DNA from: an uncultured Rikenella sp.
Lineage (GTDB): Bacteria > Bacteroidota > Bacteroidia > Bacteroidales > VadinHA17
Direction of reading: 5' to 3'
NCBI GenBank assembly: GCA_964519065.1
Contig: CAZFIF010000002.1
Coordinates: 1-45,004, forward strand
DNA: 45,004 nucleotides
Made by a program: the position numbers and the translations under genes. The notes under the pieces are model-generated. The model was not told the DNA's origin, did not search any database, and saw nothing but the letters and a program-made list of their open reading frames with translations. This document shows, piece by piece, positions 1 through 9,058 of the stretch. Every line of letters starts with the position of its first letter. Within the stretch, counting starts at the first letter, position 1.

Positions 1-13
1 TAAGTTTTTTCAT
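1..13 (-). CDS. Partial 5' end of a SusD/RagB-like lipoprotein gene that runs off the window
   Basis: The reverse complement of 1-13 reads ATGAAAAAACTTA (M K K L). It lies 18 nt downstream of the SusC stop (TAA at 32-34). Identity is inferred only from the near-universal susC-susD synteny, because only 4 codons are visible. Confidence 0.35.
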
Positions 14-31
14 CTCGTTTCGCTTTAAGGA

Positions 32-3000
32 TTAGAATGAGAGTCTCAGGTTCATGCCCAGTGTACGGGTCATCGGGAAAGCCCCGGCTTCCACGCCGCT
101 GAAGACATCGGTACCGGTCATGATCCCGCCTTCAGGATCATACTGCGGCCATTTGTCCCAGCTGAAGATGTTCGTTGCAAAGAGTGCAATGCTGGCACCC
201 TGAAGCACTTTGGTCTTCTGGCAGAGAGCTGCGGGGAGAGCATATTCAAGCCTTGCCTCCTTGAACTTGAGGAAGGAGGTCTCGAAGGTGTGGCTCTCAC
301 CGTTGTAGCGGTCGAGCACCCTGGCCTGGTAGTAGGTATATATGCTGCTGGTGACGGTGTTGTTCACCTGGCAGACAGCGGAGCCGTCCTCATTGGTGGA
401 GATAATATTAACACCTTCGGCAACGATACCGTCGTAGCGCCCTTCCAGGGAGTTGGTGAGCTTGCCCTGGTATGAGAGGATACCGTCGGTTACCGAGTAC
501 CTGTTACCTCCCCACTGGTATGAGAAGACGCCGCTGAGAGTGAGGTTTTTGTACCTGAGTGAGGTGCTGAAACCGCCCCTCCAGTCAGGGTTAACCTTAC
601 CGAGAAAGTGGTCAGCAGTATTCTCTACGGATGGCAGGCCGGTAGTGGCATCAAGGATGACCTGACCCGAGCAGTCAACCTGGTTGCCGTTGGCGTCAGT
701 GTAATATGAACCCTCCGGTGCCCTCTGGAGTGCAAAGCCGTATATCTGGTGCATCTCCTGACCTATATAGGAGTAGACATGCAGCCTGCCGCCAATGGTT
801 GTTCCCATATCTGTCTCAAAAGGCTGGTCGGGATCCCATCCCTCCTGGAGGCTGACAAGTGTATTCTTGTTCTTTGCCCAGTTGAGGTTGACATTCCAGG
901 TGAAGTCTTTGCTTTTGACAGGTGTTGCATAGAAAGCGACCTCTATACCCTTGTTGTTGATTTCGCCTGCGTTGATCTTCATGGATGAGGCTCCGACTAT
1001 CGGGTCTATATCCACCGAGACGATCTGGTTTGTTGTTGATGAGTTGTAAAGAGCAAGGTCAAAGCCAAGGCGGTTCCTTAAGAATTTGGCATCAAGACCC
1101 AGCTCCCAGCTCTCAACATTCTCGGGCTTTATCATCGGGTCGGGAATGGTCGAAGGAAGTGCATAACCTCCACTGATCGACGATGCAGAATAGTACTGGT
1201 CAAGAGAGTATGGGCTTGTGTCGTTACCTACGTTTGCCCAAGAGAGGCGCAGCTTAGCAAAAGAGACTACCGGAAGGTTTGTCCGGAAGTCAAAGGCCTG
1301 GTCAAGAAGGACACTTGCGGCAACAGATGGATAGAAGTATGACCAGTTGTCCTTCGACAGCGTGCTGGACCAGTCGTTGCGACCCGTTATGTCAAGATAA
1401 TATGTGTCATCCCACCCGAGGGACACGAAGCCGTACAGGCTGTTAATGGTCTTGTAGCTTCTGTAGTTCGATGGATCGGGAATAATGCCGAACGGAACGT
1501 TGTTGATATGATACACGCCGTCGATGTCAAGCTCATCAAGCTGGACGGTGTTTCTCCTGTAGTGATAGACCATGTTGTTGCCCCCGAAGGCGGTTGTCGA
1601 TGTGAGCCTTCCGTCCAGGAAATCCTTCTGGTATCTCAGCAGGAAGTCGGAGTTGATCTCGAAGTTGGTCATCGACTGCTCCCTGTAGAAACCGTTGTTC
1701 CATACATAGGTAAGCTTCGGCTTTCTCTGGGTGCGGAACTCCACGCCCAGGTCCAATCCTGATCTCAGGTCGAGGGTGAGTCCCTCCAGCAGGTGCAAAG
1801 TGAATCCCATGTTGCCGAAGACCCTGTCCTTATCTGTGGAGTTAAGCTCTTCATAAAGTACCCTGTATGGGTTATATGATCCGGTACCGGCAACGACAAG
1901 GCTGTTTCCGTTCTCCGATATTGTTGCATTCCTGTTGATGGCATTGAACCTGCCCTCAAAATACTCATCCCTCCAGTTTGACATTGAGTTGCTGTTATAA
2001 CCCCACATCAGGTCGTACATAACGGTGGTCTGGTGATAACCGGCCATCGGCATGTTGTCACTGTCAGTACGGTAGTAGTTGACCTTGGTCCTGAAATCAA
2101 TATAACTGTTTACCGGGGTCTCAAACGAGAAGGAGTACGCCTGCTTGTTGTACCCGGTGTTCGGGAGTATCCATTTGTTCCTTGTGTCGGTTGCCGAGAA
2201 ACGGACATTCTGTCCTTCACCATTGCTGCCACTGATGGCCACCGAGTTGTTCAGGGTGATGCCATCCTGGAAGATGCCTGTGAACCAGTCGTCCTGGTAA
2301 ACGAACGGGGTTGGCGATATAAGACCTGTCTCCCAGTCTTTGCCTTCATACTGGTACCTTAGCTTATCTTCACTGAACTCTTCTCCCCATGCATACCGTG
2401 ACAGGTTTCTTTGGGGATAGTCAGTGGTGCCTGTCAGGCTGGGATTGAGAGTCCAGAAGCAGAACTCATCAATTCCAAGGTCAGAGCCTGATCCGAACTG
2501 TGTCTGGAAATCGGGCCAGTAGCCTGCCCTCTCAACTACGAAAGAGGAGTTTACGGTCACGCCGATCCCCTTGTCGCGGCGGCCTGACTTGGTTGTGATC
2601 ACAATGGCCCCGTTGGCGGCGCGTGATCCGTAAAGAGCAGTTGCGGCAGGACCTTTCAGCACTGACACTGTCTCGATATCCTCAGGGTTAAGATCACTGG
2701 CCGCGTTACCGAAGTCTACGGGAAAGTCGCCACCCGAGTTGGTATAGGGGCTGCTTGATGAGGTGGCCGTGGAACCTGACCGCACCGGCACGCCGTCAAC
2801 GATGAAGAGAGCCTCGTTGGCTCCATAGTTGAGCGACTGGTCACCGCGGAGGGTCACACGCATGGAGCTGATGGGCCCGGTGCCGGCACCCACGGCGGTG
2901 AGGCCTGCAACCTTGCCTGACATGCCGCTGAGCCAGTTGGAGTTGACAGCCTTCGTCAGATCCTCGTTGTCAACCTTTGTTACTGCATATCCGAGTGACT

Positions 3001-3364
3001 TCTCCTCGCGTGTCAGACCCAGGGCCGTCACCACTACAGCAGACACCTCTATCGCCTCCTCCTCCAGGACAACGTTTATCACGGTCCGGGTGCCCACAGC
3101 GACTTCCTGCTTCACATATCCCAGGAACTGTATCTCCAGCACAGGGTTATCACCTGTAACCCTGATGGAATAAGCTCCCCTGGCATCGGTGCTGGTACCT
3201 GTGGAGGTACCCTTGATGACTACGGTGGCCCCGAATACAGGGGTGACACCGTCAGGCTCATACACAGTGCCTGTCACCTGCCTCTCCTGAGCCATCGCCG
3301 GAAAGACTACCAGCGCCAGCAACAGAATGGCAAGAACGATCTTAAGATCTGGTTTGATTTTCAT
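32..3364 (-). CDS. SusC/RagA-family TonB-dependent outer-membrane transporter
   Basis: 1110 aa with an ATG start. Signal peptide ends ...FPAMAQE. CarboxypepD_reg-like N-domain (VTGTVYEPDGVTPVFGATVVIKGTSTGTSTDARGAYSI). Plug region (VVVTALGLTREEKSLGYAV...LFIVDGVPV). Long beta-barrel ending in the C-terminal F (NLRLSF). Confidence 0.95.
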   Translation of the reverse strand: MKIKPDLKIVLAILLLALVVFPAMAQERQVTGTVYEPDGVTPVFGATVVIKGTSTGTSTDARGAYSIRVTGDNPVLEIQFLGYVKQEVAVGTRTVINVVLEEEAIEVSAVVVTALGLTREEKSLGYAVTKVDNEDLTKAVNSNWLSGMSGKVAGLTAVGAGTGPISSMRVTLRGDQSLNYGANEALFIVDGVPVRSGSTATSSSSPYTNSGGDFPVDFGNAASDLNPEDIETVSVLKGPAATALYGSRAANGAIVITTKSGRRDKGIGVTVNSSFVVERAGYWPDFQTQFGSGSDLGIDEFCFWTLNPSLTGTTDYPQRNLSRYAWGEEFSEDKLRYQYEGKDWETGLISPTPFVYQDDWFTGIFQDGITLNNSVAISGSNGEGQNVRFSATDTRNKWILPNTGYNKQAYSFSFETPVNSYIDFRTKVNYYRTDSDNMPMAGYHQTTVMYDLMWGYNSNSMSNWRDEYFEGRFNAINRNATISENGNSLVVAGTGSYNPYRVLYEELNSTDKDRVFGNMGFTLHLLEGLTLDLRSGLDLGVEFRTQRKPKLTYVWNNGFYREQSMTNFEINSDFLLRYQKDFLDGRLTSTTAFGGNNMVYHYRRNTVQLDELDIDGVYHINNVPFGIIPDPSNYRSYKTINSLYGFVSLGWDDTYYLDITGRNDWSSTLSKDNWSYFYPSVAASVLLDQAFDFRTNLPVVSFAKLRLSWANVGNDTSPYSLDQYYSASSISGGYALPSTIPDPMIKPENVESWELGLDAKFLRNRLGFDLALYNSSTTNQIVSVDIDPIVGASSMKINAGEINNKGIEVAFYATPVKSKDFTWNVNLNWAKNKNTLVSLQEGWDPDQPFETDMGTTIGGRLHVYSYIGQEMHQIYGFALQRAPEGSYYTDANGNQVDCSGQVILDATTGLPSVENTADHFLGKVNPDWRGGFSTSLRYKNLTLSGVFSYQWGGNRYSVTDGILSYQGKLTNSLEGRYDGIVAEGVNIISTNEDGSAVCQVNNTVTSSIYTYYQARVLDRYNGESHTFETSFLKFKEARLEYALPAALCQKTKVLQGASIALFATNIFSWDKWPQYDPEGGIMTGTDVFSGVEAGAFPMTRTLGMNLRLSF

Positions 3365-3396
3365 AGATTGGTGGTTTTAGATTATAGATATATAGG

Positions 3397-5346
3397 TTAG
3401 TGCATTGACCATGTAAATTCCTTGGGCCGTGTCATCGTCTCGGTATATGCATTCCCGAAACGGTCCGTGACCGTTATCTCCAGTGTCGAGGTAGCCGAAG
3501 AGGCCCTCACCAGGAACATGTGTGAGGTGTTGCCAGTCACAAACGAGCTTGTAGGTACAGCGCCTGCGTTCAGCCGCTTGGCTTCATAGGAGATGATATG
3601 CAGCGGATCCTTTGCCGTTATCCTCTCCACCGACAGCGGTGTGCCGCCCTCAGTCACCTCTACAGTCCACTGCGGGTCATACCCCCAGATGTTTATCATA
3701 ACGTCATTCACCTGGTTGGGACTGGCATACACCCCGGCGTACTCCGCAAGGGCCGCATCGGTAGAGTTGGGCGCGAAAGCAGCTGCTGTTATGTAGACAG
3801 TATTGAGGTCATAGCTCCTGAACTGGTAGTCCTGAGGGTAACCGATGCTCTTGTAATGCCATCTGATATCACGGTCCTGGACCTCCCATACACCGTATCC
3901 TCCCGGACTGCCGTCCTTGCATATCTGGTTGCCGGCATAGCCGGTCTTGCCGGTCCACCACCAGGTGGCACATACTGCGGCAGTGTTGTGCTCCGTCACG
4001 CCGCCTGAATCAACGGTATAGTTGATATGAGTGTGGCCGGTCACAACGTGGACCTCACTGAAGTCGTCAACAATTGAGAGAAGCGTGCTGCCGTTGTTGA
4101 GAACGATATTGCTCACCGGGTTTCCGCCTGCGTCAAGCGACGGGTTTCCGTAGAGCGGCGTATGCATGAAGATCACTACCGGAGTGCTCTTGTCGGTTAT
4201 GGCTGCCAGGTCTCTGGTAAGCCAGCCGGTCTGGGCAGAGGAGACCACATCGTAGTAATTGCGTTCTCCCACCACCCCCTGTGAGGCTCCCGTGTTGATG
4301 TACTGCACATTGTCAAGAACCACGTAATGGACGCTCCCGAGGTTAAATGAGTAATATGTCGGGCCTATCAACTCCCGGTAGGGAGCCTCCGCCTCAATGT
4401 CGCCGGTGATGTATGGATCATTGTCATGATTACCCATTACGTTGAACATGCGGCAGTTGATCTTTTTCATCTCGGCCAGGTATTGCGGGATGGAAAAATT
4501 GTTCGCATACCAGTAGAGATCCCAGGTCATGTCTCCCAGCGGTACCCCGTACACTTTGGTGCCTGAGGAGGTGTAGCCGGCGATGGTGGCATTCACATCA
4601 GGAAGAAATCCGGTGCTGAACTGCGTCAGGTCATCGTTGCGGTTTGCCAGATGCCAGTCGGCCATGGGTAAGACAACATGCTTGCTGTTGTCGGATTGTA
4701 CCAGGGAGAAGTCATGCTGTTCAACGCCGCTACCCCCGGCCACTCTTTTGAAGAACGGCGGTATGTTGTCACTGGTGGCAACCTCGTAGTTGCCGGGGAT
4801 GGATATGAATACGTACTTGTTCTGCTTGGCCGAGGGGAGGTAATAGATCCCGTCGCCGTCAGTGACGGTGACCTCGTAGCCGTCTGATACCACCACACCC
4901 GGAACACCCTCGCCGTCACAGAATACGATACCCTTTAACGTCATTCCGGGCCTGTCAGGTATGATGGTGCCGGTGATGACATTCAGAGTCAGGGTGCCGA
5001 TGACCATGCTCTCCGTACCTCGTCTGACCGTCAGCCGGTATGAGCCGGAGGAGAGGCCTGCCGGAAGAGTGATGGTAGCCGTCTGGGGGGTGACGGAAGT
5101 GACAGTGGCGCTCCAGCTGCTGCCTGCATCTGAGGTCAGCACAAACTCAATGATGTCATTCAGTGCAAATCCCTGGCCGGTGATGATGATCTCACCTCCC
5201 GGAGCCACATCGAGGGATGAGGGGATGGAAATGCCGGTGATCTTAAGTCCTTCTTCCTCCTCAGGCGGCGGGTCTTTCCTGCATGCGGTGCATGCGGCCA
5301 TCAGCGTCACCAGGAGAATAAGAAATATCTTTCCGTGGTATGTCAT
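3397..5346 (-). CDS. Lipoprotein with an IPT/TIG-like Ig domain plus a calcineurin-like metallophosphoesterase (MetallophosN/Metallophos/MetallophosC architecture)
   Basis: 649 aa. Lipobox LMAAC. Ig-like segment LKITGISIPSSLDVAPGGEIIITGQGF. Metallophosphoesterase motifs in order: ADWHL (DxH), LGDMTWD (GD), GNHDND (GNHD/E), FMHTPL (H), GHTHIN (GHxH). Confidence 0.85.
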   Translation of the reverse strand: MTYHGKIFLILLVTLMAACTACRKDPPPEEEEGLKITGISIPSSLDVAPGGEIIITGQGFALNDIIEFVLTSDAGSSWSATVTSVTPQTATITLPAGLSSGSYRLTVRRGTESMVIGTLTLNVITGTIIPDRPGMTLKGIVFCDGEGVPGVVVSDGYEVTVTDGDGIYYLPSAKQNKYVFISIPGNYEVATSDNIPPFFKRVAGGSGVEQHDFSLVQSDNSKHVVLPMADWHLANRNDDLTQFSTGFLPDVNATIAGYTSSGTKVYGVPLGDMTWDLYWYANNFSIPQYLAEMKKINCRMFNVMGNHDNDPYITGDIEAEAPYRELIGPTYYSFNLGSVHYVVLDNVQYINTGASQGVVGERNYYDVVSSAQTGWLTRDLAAITDKSTPVVIFMHTPLYGNPSLDAGGNPVSNIVLNNGSTLLSIVDDFSEVHVVTGHTHINYTVDSGGVTEHNTAAVCATWWWTGKTGYAGNQICKDGSPGGYGVWEVQDRDIRWHYKSIGYPQDYQFRSYDLNTVYITAAAFAPNSTDAALAEYAGVYASPNQVNDVMINIWGYDPQWTVEVTEGGTPLSVERITAKDPLHIISYEAKRLNAGAVPTSSFVTGNTSHMFLVRASSATSTLEITVTDRFGNAYTETMTRPKEFTWSMH

Positions 5347-5359
5347 TCAGTGGTAGCGT

Positions 5360-6541
5360 TTACTCGTTATAGCCAAGATCGGTGAGTATCTCCTGCGGTG
5401 TGGCCTCTGTCCCGTATTCCCGCACTTTGCGCTCATGGTAGAAAGCGACCGTGAGATCTGTCCTGTTGGTGATCATACCGTCAGCCAGGGGAGTGGCTTT
5501 TTTGCCCTGGCCGGGGCCGAAATATTTCTCCATCTGCTCAACGGTATTTATAGAATAGATGTTAGCCTTCAGTCCTGCCGCATGTATCTTACCGGCGAAA
5601 GCAGGTGAGAGGCCGTCATTCTTGTCGCTGAGGTTGGTGCCTATAAATTGTGCGCCGCACTCCCTGGCAAAGGCGATGATCTCATCGGTGACCTCCTCCT
5701 TTGCAAATTCGTCTGTTTTGGGATTGCTCACCAGGAAGCTGGCAAGCACCTTTTCGCCAAAGACCCTTTTGATGTTCATCATTCCCTCACGCGAGAAGCT
5801 TTGAAGGAGTATCTTGCCACGTGTGTTTCCCACGTTGACCCTGTCTCCGGACCAGAAGGGCACATCGGCGCTGATCTCTTCTCCCTCCAGCGGGTTCCAG
5901 CCCATGCGCGTCAGCTCATCATATATCTGCTCCTCGATGCCGGGATACTGTTCGGAGATCTTCACCTCGATATAGATGCCGGGCCTGTGGCCGTTGTCTG
6001 CCGGATCAGGCTCATATTCAAAGTGATATATGCCGGACTCGTCCCTGCTTACCATGCGGTTGCCCTCTTCGTCACGCTTAATCTTCTTCCCTTCTGCTAT
6101 GCGGAACACATCTTCAAAGACCAGAACATCGAGGCCGTTGAAGCCCTGACGCGCCTGTCCGGGGTTTTTCACGTTGAAGGCGCTGCCGGCATCGAGCTGC
6201 ATGATCTCTTCCCAGGTGAAGCTGCTGAGGGGATCACCCTCCCTGCCGGGAAACTTCTCTGCGACGTCGGTTGTGCGTTTGAAACTCTTGTCATGCATTA
6301 CCACCAGGAGACTGTCTTTCGTCCTGTGGACATCCAGTTCCATGTAGTCGGCACCGCTGTTGCGCGCCCAGCGAAAGGCCGCCTCGGTAAGTTCAGGTGC
6401 CCAGTAGATTGTTCCCCGGTGAGCAATGACAGCGTTGTCAGGCATATAGCTCTGTACCGTCATGTCACCCGTCACTTTTTTCTGTCCGCACCCGGCCATC
6501 AGTGCCGTGATAAGCATCAGTAGTAATAATTGTCTCTTCAT
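5360..6541 (-). CDS. Glycerophosphodiester phosphodiesterase (GDPD family, GlpQ/UgpQ-like) lipoprotein
   Basis: GDPD catalytic signature IAHRG...YMELDVHRTKDSLLVVMHD. Lipobox LMAGC. The track ORF begins at a GTG (6550). The ATG at 6541 (MKRQLLLL...) gives a canonical signal peptide and is preferred. Confidence 0.88.
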   Translation of the reverse strand: MKRQLLLLMLITALMAGCGQKKVTGDMTVQSYMPDNAVIAHRGTIYWAPELTEAAFRWARNSGADYMELDVHRTKDSLLVVMHDKSFKRTTDVAEKFPGREGDPLSSFTWEEIMQLDAGSAFNVKNPGQARQGFNGLDVLVFEDVFRIAEGKKIKRDEEGNRMVSRDESGIYHFEYEPDPADNGHRPGIYIEVKISEQYPGIEEQIYDELTRMGWNPLEGEEISADVPFWSGDRVNVGNTRGKILLQSFSREGMMNIKRVFGEKVLASFLVSNPKTDEFAKEEVTDEIIAFARECGAQFIGTNLSDKNDGLSPAFAGKIHAAGLKANIYSINTVEQMEKYFGPGQGKKATPLADGMITNRTDLTVAFYHERKVREYGTEATPQEILTDLGYNE

Positions 6542-6553
6542 AGTTGTCACTCA

Positions 6554-7483
6554 TTATTTCGGATTTGCCCTGTTCTCTCTTATCTTCCACTCTCCGGTGT
6601 GATATCTCACCTTCGGATCACGAACATCGTTACATCTGACTATCAGTGCGCCCTCCTTCTCCCAGTACGACCTGACTGTGTGGCCGGCCATGGGGCCGTC
6701 TTCGGGACCGCGGACGGTGACGTCATCAGGATTGACAACTATCTTCAGTCCGACCGACTCGTTCAGCATGTCCATGTCGCCGCGGCTGTTGCCACCGACA
6801 ATCAGGGGCCGTGCCTTGATGAAGGTCTCGATGGTATGTGCCTTGCCGTCATCCTGGGGGATGGGAGGGATGATCTCCCCGGTAGTAACACCCTCCTTAA
6901 CCACGCATTTAGCTCCGACAACATTGGTGACGGGGATGCCGTACTCCTCGGAGACGAACTTCTGGTAGAGGAACTCCGGCGAGGCTGTCAGTATGTATAC
7001 CTCGAAGCCGTACTCCTTAAGGTTGGCCACGAGCTGTTTCATCTCGGGATAGGTCTTGTTCTGGTACGACTCCCTGTAACATTCATAGCCAATGGTCTCT
7101 ATCTCTTCCGGTGAGAGGCCGGCCAGGAAATGGACCCTGTCTTCGACATAGGGCTTGCCAACATTGTTGCCGTCTTTGACCATGCGGTCAAGGATCTTCA
7201 GCTTCTCCCTGGCGTCCCTGTCCTTTCTCTCTTTCAGTACATTATCTGCATAGCGGTAGAGCGCCTCGTCAGCCAGGTAATGCGGAACCTGGCCGAAGGT
7301 GGTGCCGTCACTGTCAAAGACAGCCACCTTTCTTACATTCATGGTTATGGTGGTGTTGAGAAAACCCTCGATGTGGTCGTTGATCTCCTGTGACCAGCCG
7401 GAGATATGCCTGTAGGTCTGCGCATTGAGTGCCGTGAGAAGACCTGCTGAGGTCAGCAGAACGATTGTTAACAGTCGCTTCAT
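6554..7483 (-). CDS. Secreted HAD-superfamily (subfamily IB-like) phosphatase
   Basis: 309 aa. Signal peptide MKRLLTIVLLTSAGLLTALNAQ. HAD motif I VAVFDSDGT. Later GGNSRGDMDML matches motif IV. The substrate cannot be read from the sequence. Confidence 0.75.
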   Translation of the reverse strand: MKRLLTIVLLTSAGLLTALNAQTYRHISGWSQEINDHIEGFLNTTITMNVRKVAVFDSDGTTFGQVPHYLADEALYRYADNVLKERKDRDAREKLKILDRMVKDGNNVGKPYVEDRVHFLAGLSPEEIETIGYECYRESYQNKTYPEMKQLVANLKEYGFEVYILTASPEFLYQKFVSEEYGIPVTNVVGAKCVVKEGVTTGEIIPPIPQDDGKAHTIETFIKARPLIVGGNSRGDMDMLNESVGLKIVVNPDDVTVRGPEDGPMAGHTVRSYWEKEGALIVRCNDVRDPKVRYHTGEWKIRENRANPK

Positions 7484-7495
7484 AACTCTGTTCCT

Positions 7496-8950
7496 TTAGT
7501 GTCCGTTATATGTTGCTCTCTCCGTCTTCCAGGTTGTGGCAGAGAAGAGTGCTGCCAATATGCTGGCAACAATAAAAATTGTGAAGGTGGCTTCCCACCC
7601 CAGGTTAACGTTATCAGCCACAGCGCCGATCATGACCTTTGAGAGGAGGGCGTCACCCAGCAGGTAGCCGAAGAGTCCCACAAAACCTGCGGCTGTCCCT
7701 GCAGCGTTCTTGGGCACCAGGTTGATGGCCTGCACTCCTATCAGCGCCACCGGGCCGTAGATGAAGAACCCTATGGCTATAAGGGCTGAGTAGACCACGG
7801 CCACCCTGGTGGTGTCAGGGTCTGTTGAGAATGCCCCGGAAAGAAATGTGGCAATCGGCACTGCCTTCCAGTAGAGGATGATGCTGAGCAGCACCAGCAC
7901 CATGAAGATCACGTTTGCCGGTGCACACCTGCCCTTGAACAATTTGGAGGAGATCCAGCCGATGAGTATCATTCCCGGCACACCGGCGTAGTTATGGAGC
8001 GAGAATGCCATCTTGCTCTGTTCGCTGGTGAGCAGTCCTGCCTCTTCGCAGTATGTCGGTGCCCAGTCGCCGATACCATACCTTATTAGATATACGAATA
8101 CATTGGCCAGGGCTATAAGCCAGAGGATTTTATTCCTGAAGATATATTTTACAAAGAGCTCCTTGACGGGTATCTTCTTGTCGGAGCTCATCTCCTTCTG
8201 TGCCGGAGTGTCATTCCGGTATTTGTCTATGGCGGGCAGTCCGCACGACTGTGGGGTATCCCTCAGGGCCCACCAGCAGAAGAGGGCAATGAGGAGGGCC
8301 ACGGCACTTGGCAGGACAAACACTGCTCTCCAGCTCTGTTCAACCATTATGCCGCCGCCGATGTCGGCAACGAAGAGTCCGCCGAGCAGCACGGTGCCCC
8401 AGGCGGCCAGGTTGCCCATCAGTCCGCTGCCCACGGTGTGGGAGGTGTTCCAGATGCCCATCTTGAAGCTGCGCTCATTGTGCGAGAACCAGTGCACCAT
8501 TATCCTTCCGCAGGGAGGCCACCCCATACCTGCCAGCCATCCTATTACCAGCATGAAGGCAAAGATTATGGCCACTGAACTTGTTGCAAAGGGGAAGAGG
8601 CCGACGCACATCATCAGTGAGGCTGAGAGCACCAGTCCTATCACCAGGAACTTCCTGGCGTCCGACCTGTCAGAGAGCGCTCCCATGAGGAACTTGCTGA
8701 AGGCGTAGGCGATGGAGATGGCTGAGAGTGCTATGCCCAGCTGCAGCTTGGTATATCCCAGCCCGCCGTTCTCCAGGGGCTGTATCATGCCCGGGATGGC
8801 GAGGGCGAGGTTCTTCCTTACAAGATAATAGGCTGCATATCCCAGGAAGGCGCCAATGAATACCTGCATGCGGAGTCTTTTATAAGCCGGATCAATCTTG
8901 TCAGCCGGCAGTGGCTCCTTGTATGGCGGTGGTTTCAGAAAGTTGATCAT
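7496..8950 (-). CDS. glpT: Glycerol-3-phosphate/phosphate antiporter (MFS, organophosphate:Pi antiporter family)
   Basis: 484 aa and multi-TM. The N-terminus (KPPPYKEPLPADKIDPAYKRLRMQVFIGAFLGYAAYYLVRKNLALA) and GALSDRSDARKF closely follow E. coli GlpT as I recall it (...IDPTYRRLRWQIF...YYLVRKNFALA...SDRSNPR). Confidence 0.9.
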   Translation of the reverse strand: MINFLKPPPYKEPLPADKIDPAYKRLRMQVFIGAFLGYAAYYLVRKNLALAIPGMIQPLENGGLGYTKLQLGIALSAISIAYAFSKFLMGALSDRSDARKFLVIGLVLSASLMMCVGLFPFATSSVAIIFAFMLVIGWLAGMGWPPCGRIMVHWFSHNERSFKMGIWNTSHTVGSGLMGNLAAWGTVLLGGLFVADIGGGIMVEQSWRAVFVLPSAVALLIALFCWWALRDTPQSCGLPAIDKYRNDTPAQKEMSSDKKIPVKELFVKYIFRNKILWLIALANVFVYLIRYGIGDWAPTYCEEAGLLTSEQSKMAFSLHNYAGVPGMILIGWISSKLFKGRCAPANVIFMVLVLLSIILYWKAVPIATFLSGAFSTDPDTTRVAVVYSALIAIGFFIYGPVALIGVQAINLVPKNAAGTAAGFVGLFGYLLGDALLSKVMIGAVADNVNLGWEATFTIFIVASILAALFSATTWKTERATYNGH

Positions 8951-9058
8951 AGGCGTGTCAGTTTGAGTTGCTCCCTCTGTTGTCTACGGGGCCCCAATAT
9001 TGTCAATCTTTCGTTTCTTTCAGTCAGTTTATGATTAAGATTATGTTACATCGTCCTG

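Noticed and set aside
5648-6523. 291-aa plus-strand ORF opposite the GDPD gene. Similar long antisense ORFs occur at 8013-8708, 11363-12349, 13599-14645, 26212-26937 and 33328-33990.
   Set aside because: All lie fully inside strongly supported genes on the other strand in GC-rich DNA, where stop codons are rare. Their translations are low-complexity (R/P/A/G/H-rich) with no recognisable motifs. They are shadow ORFs.
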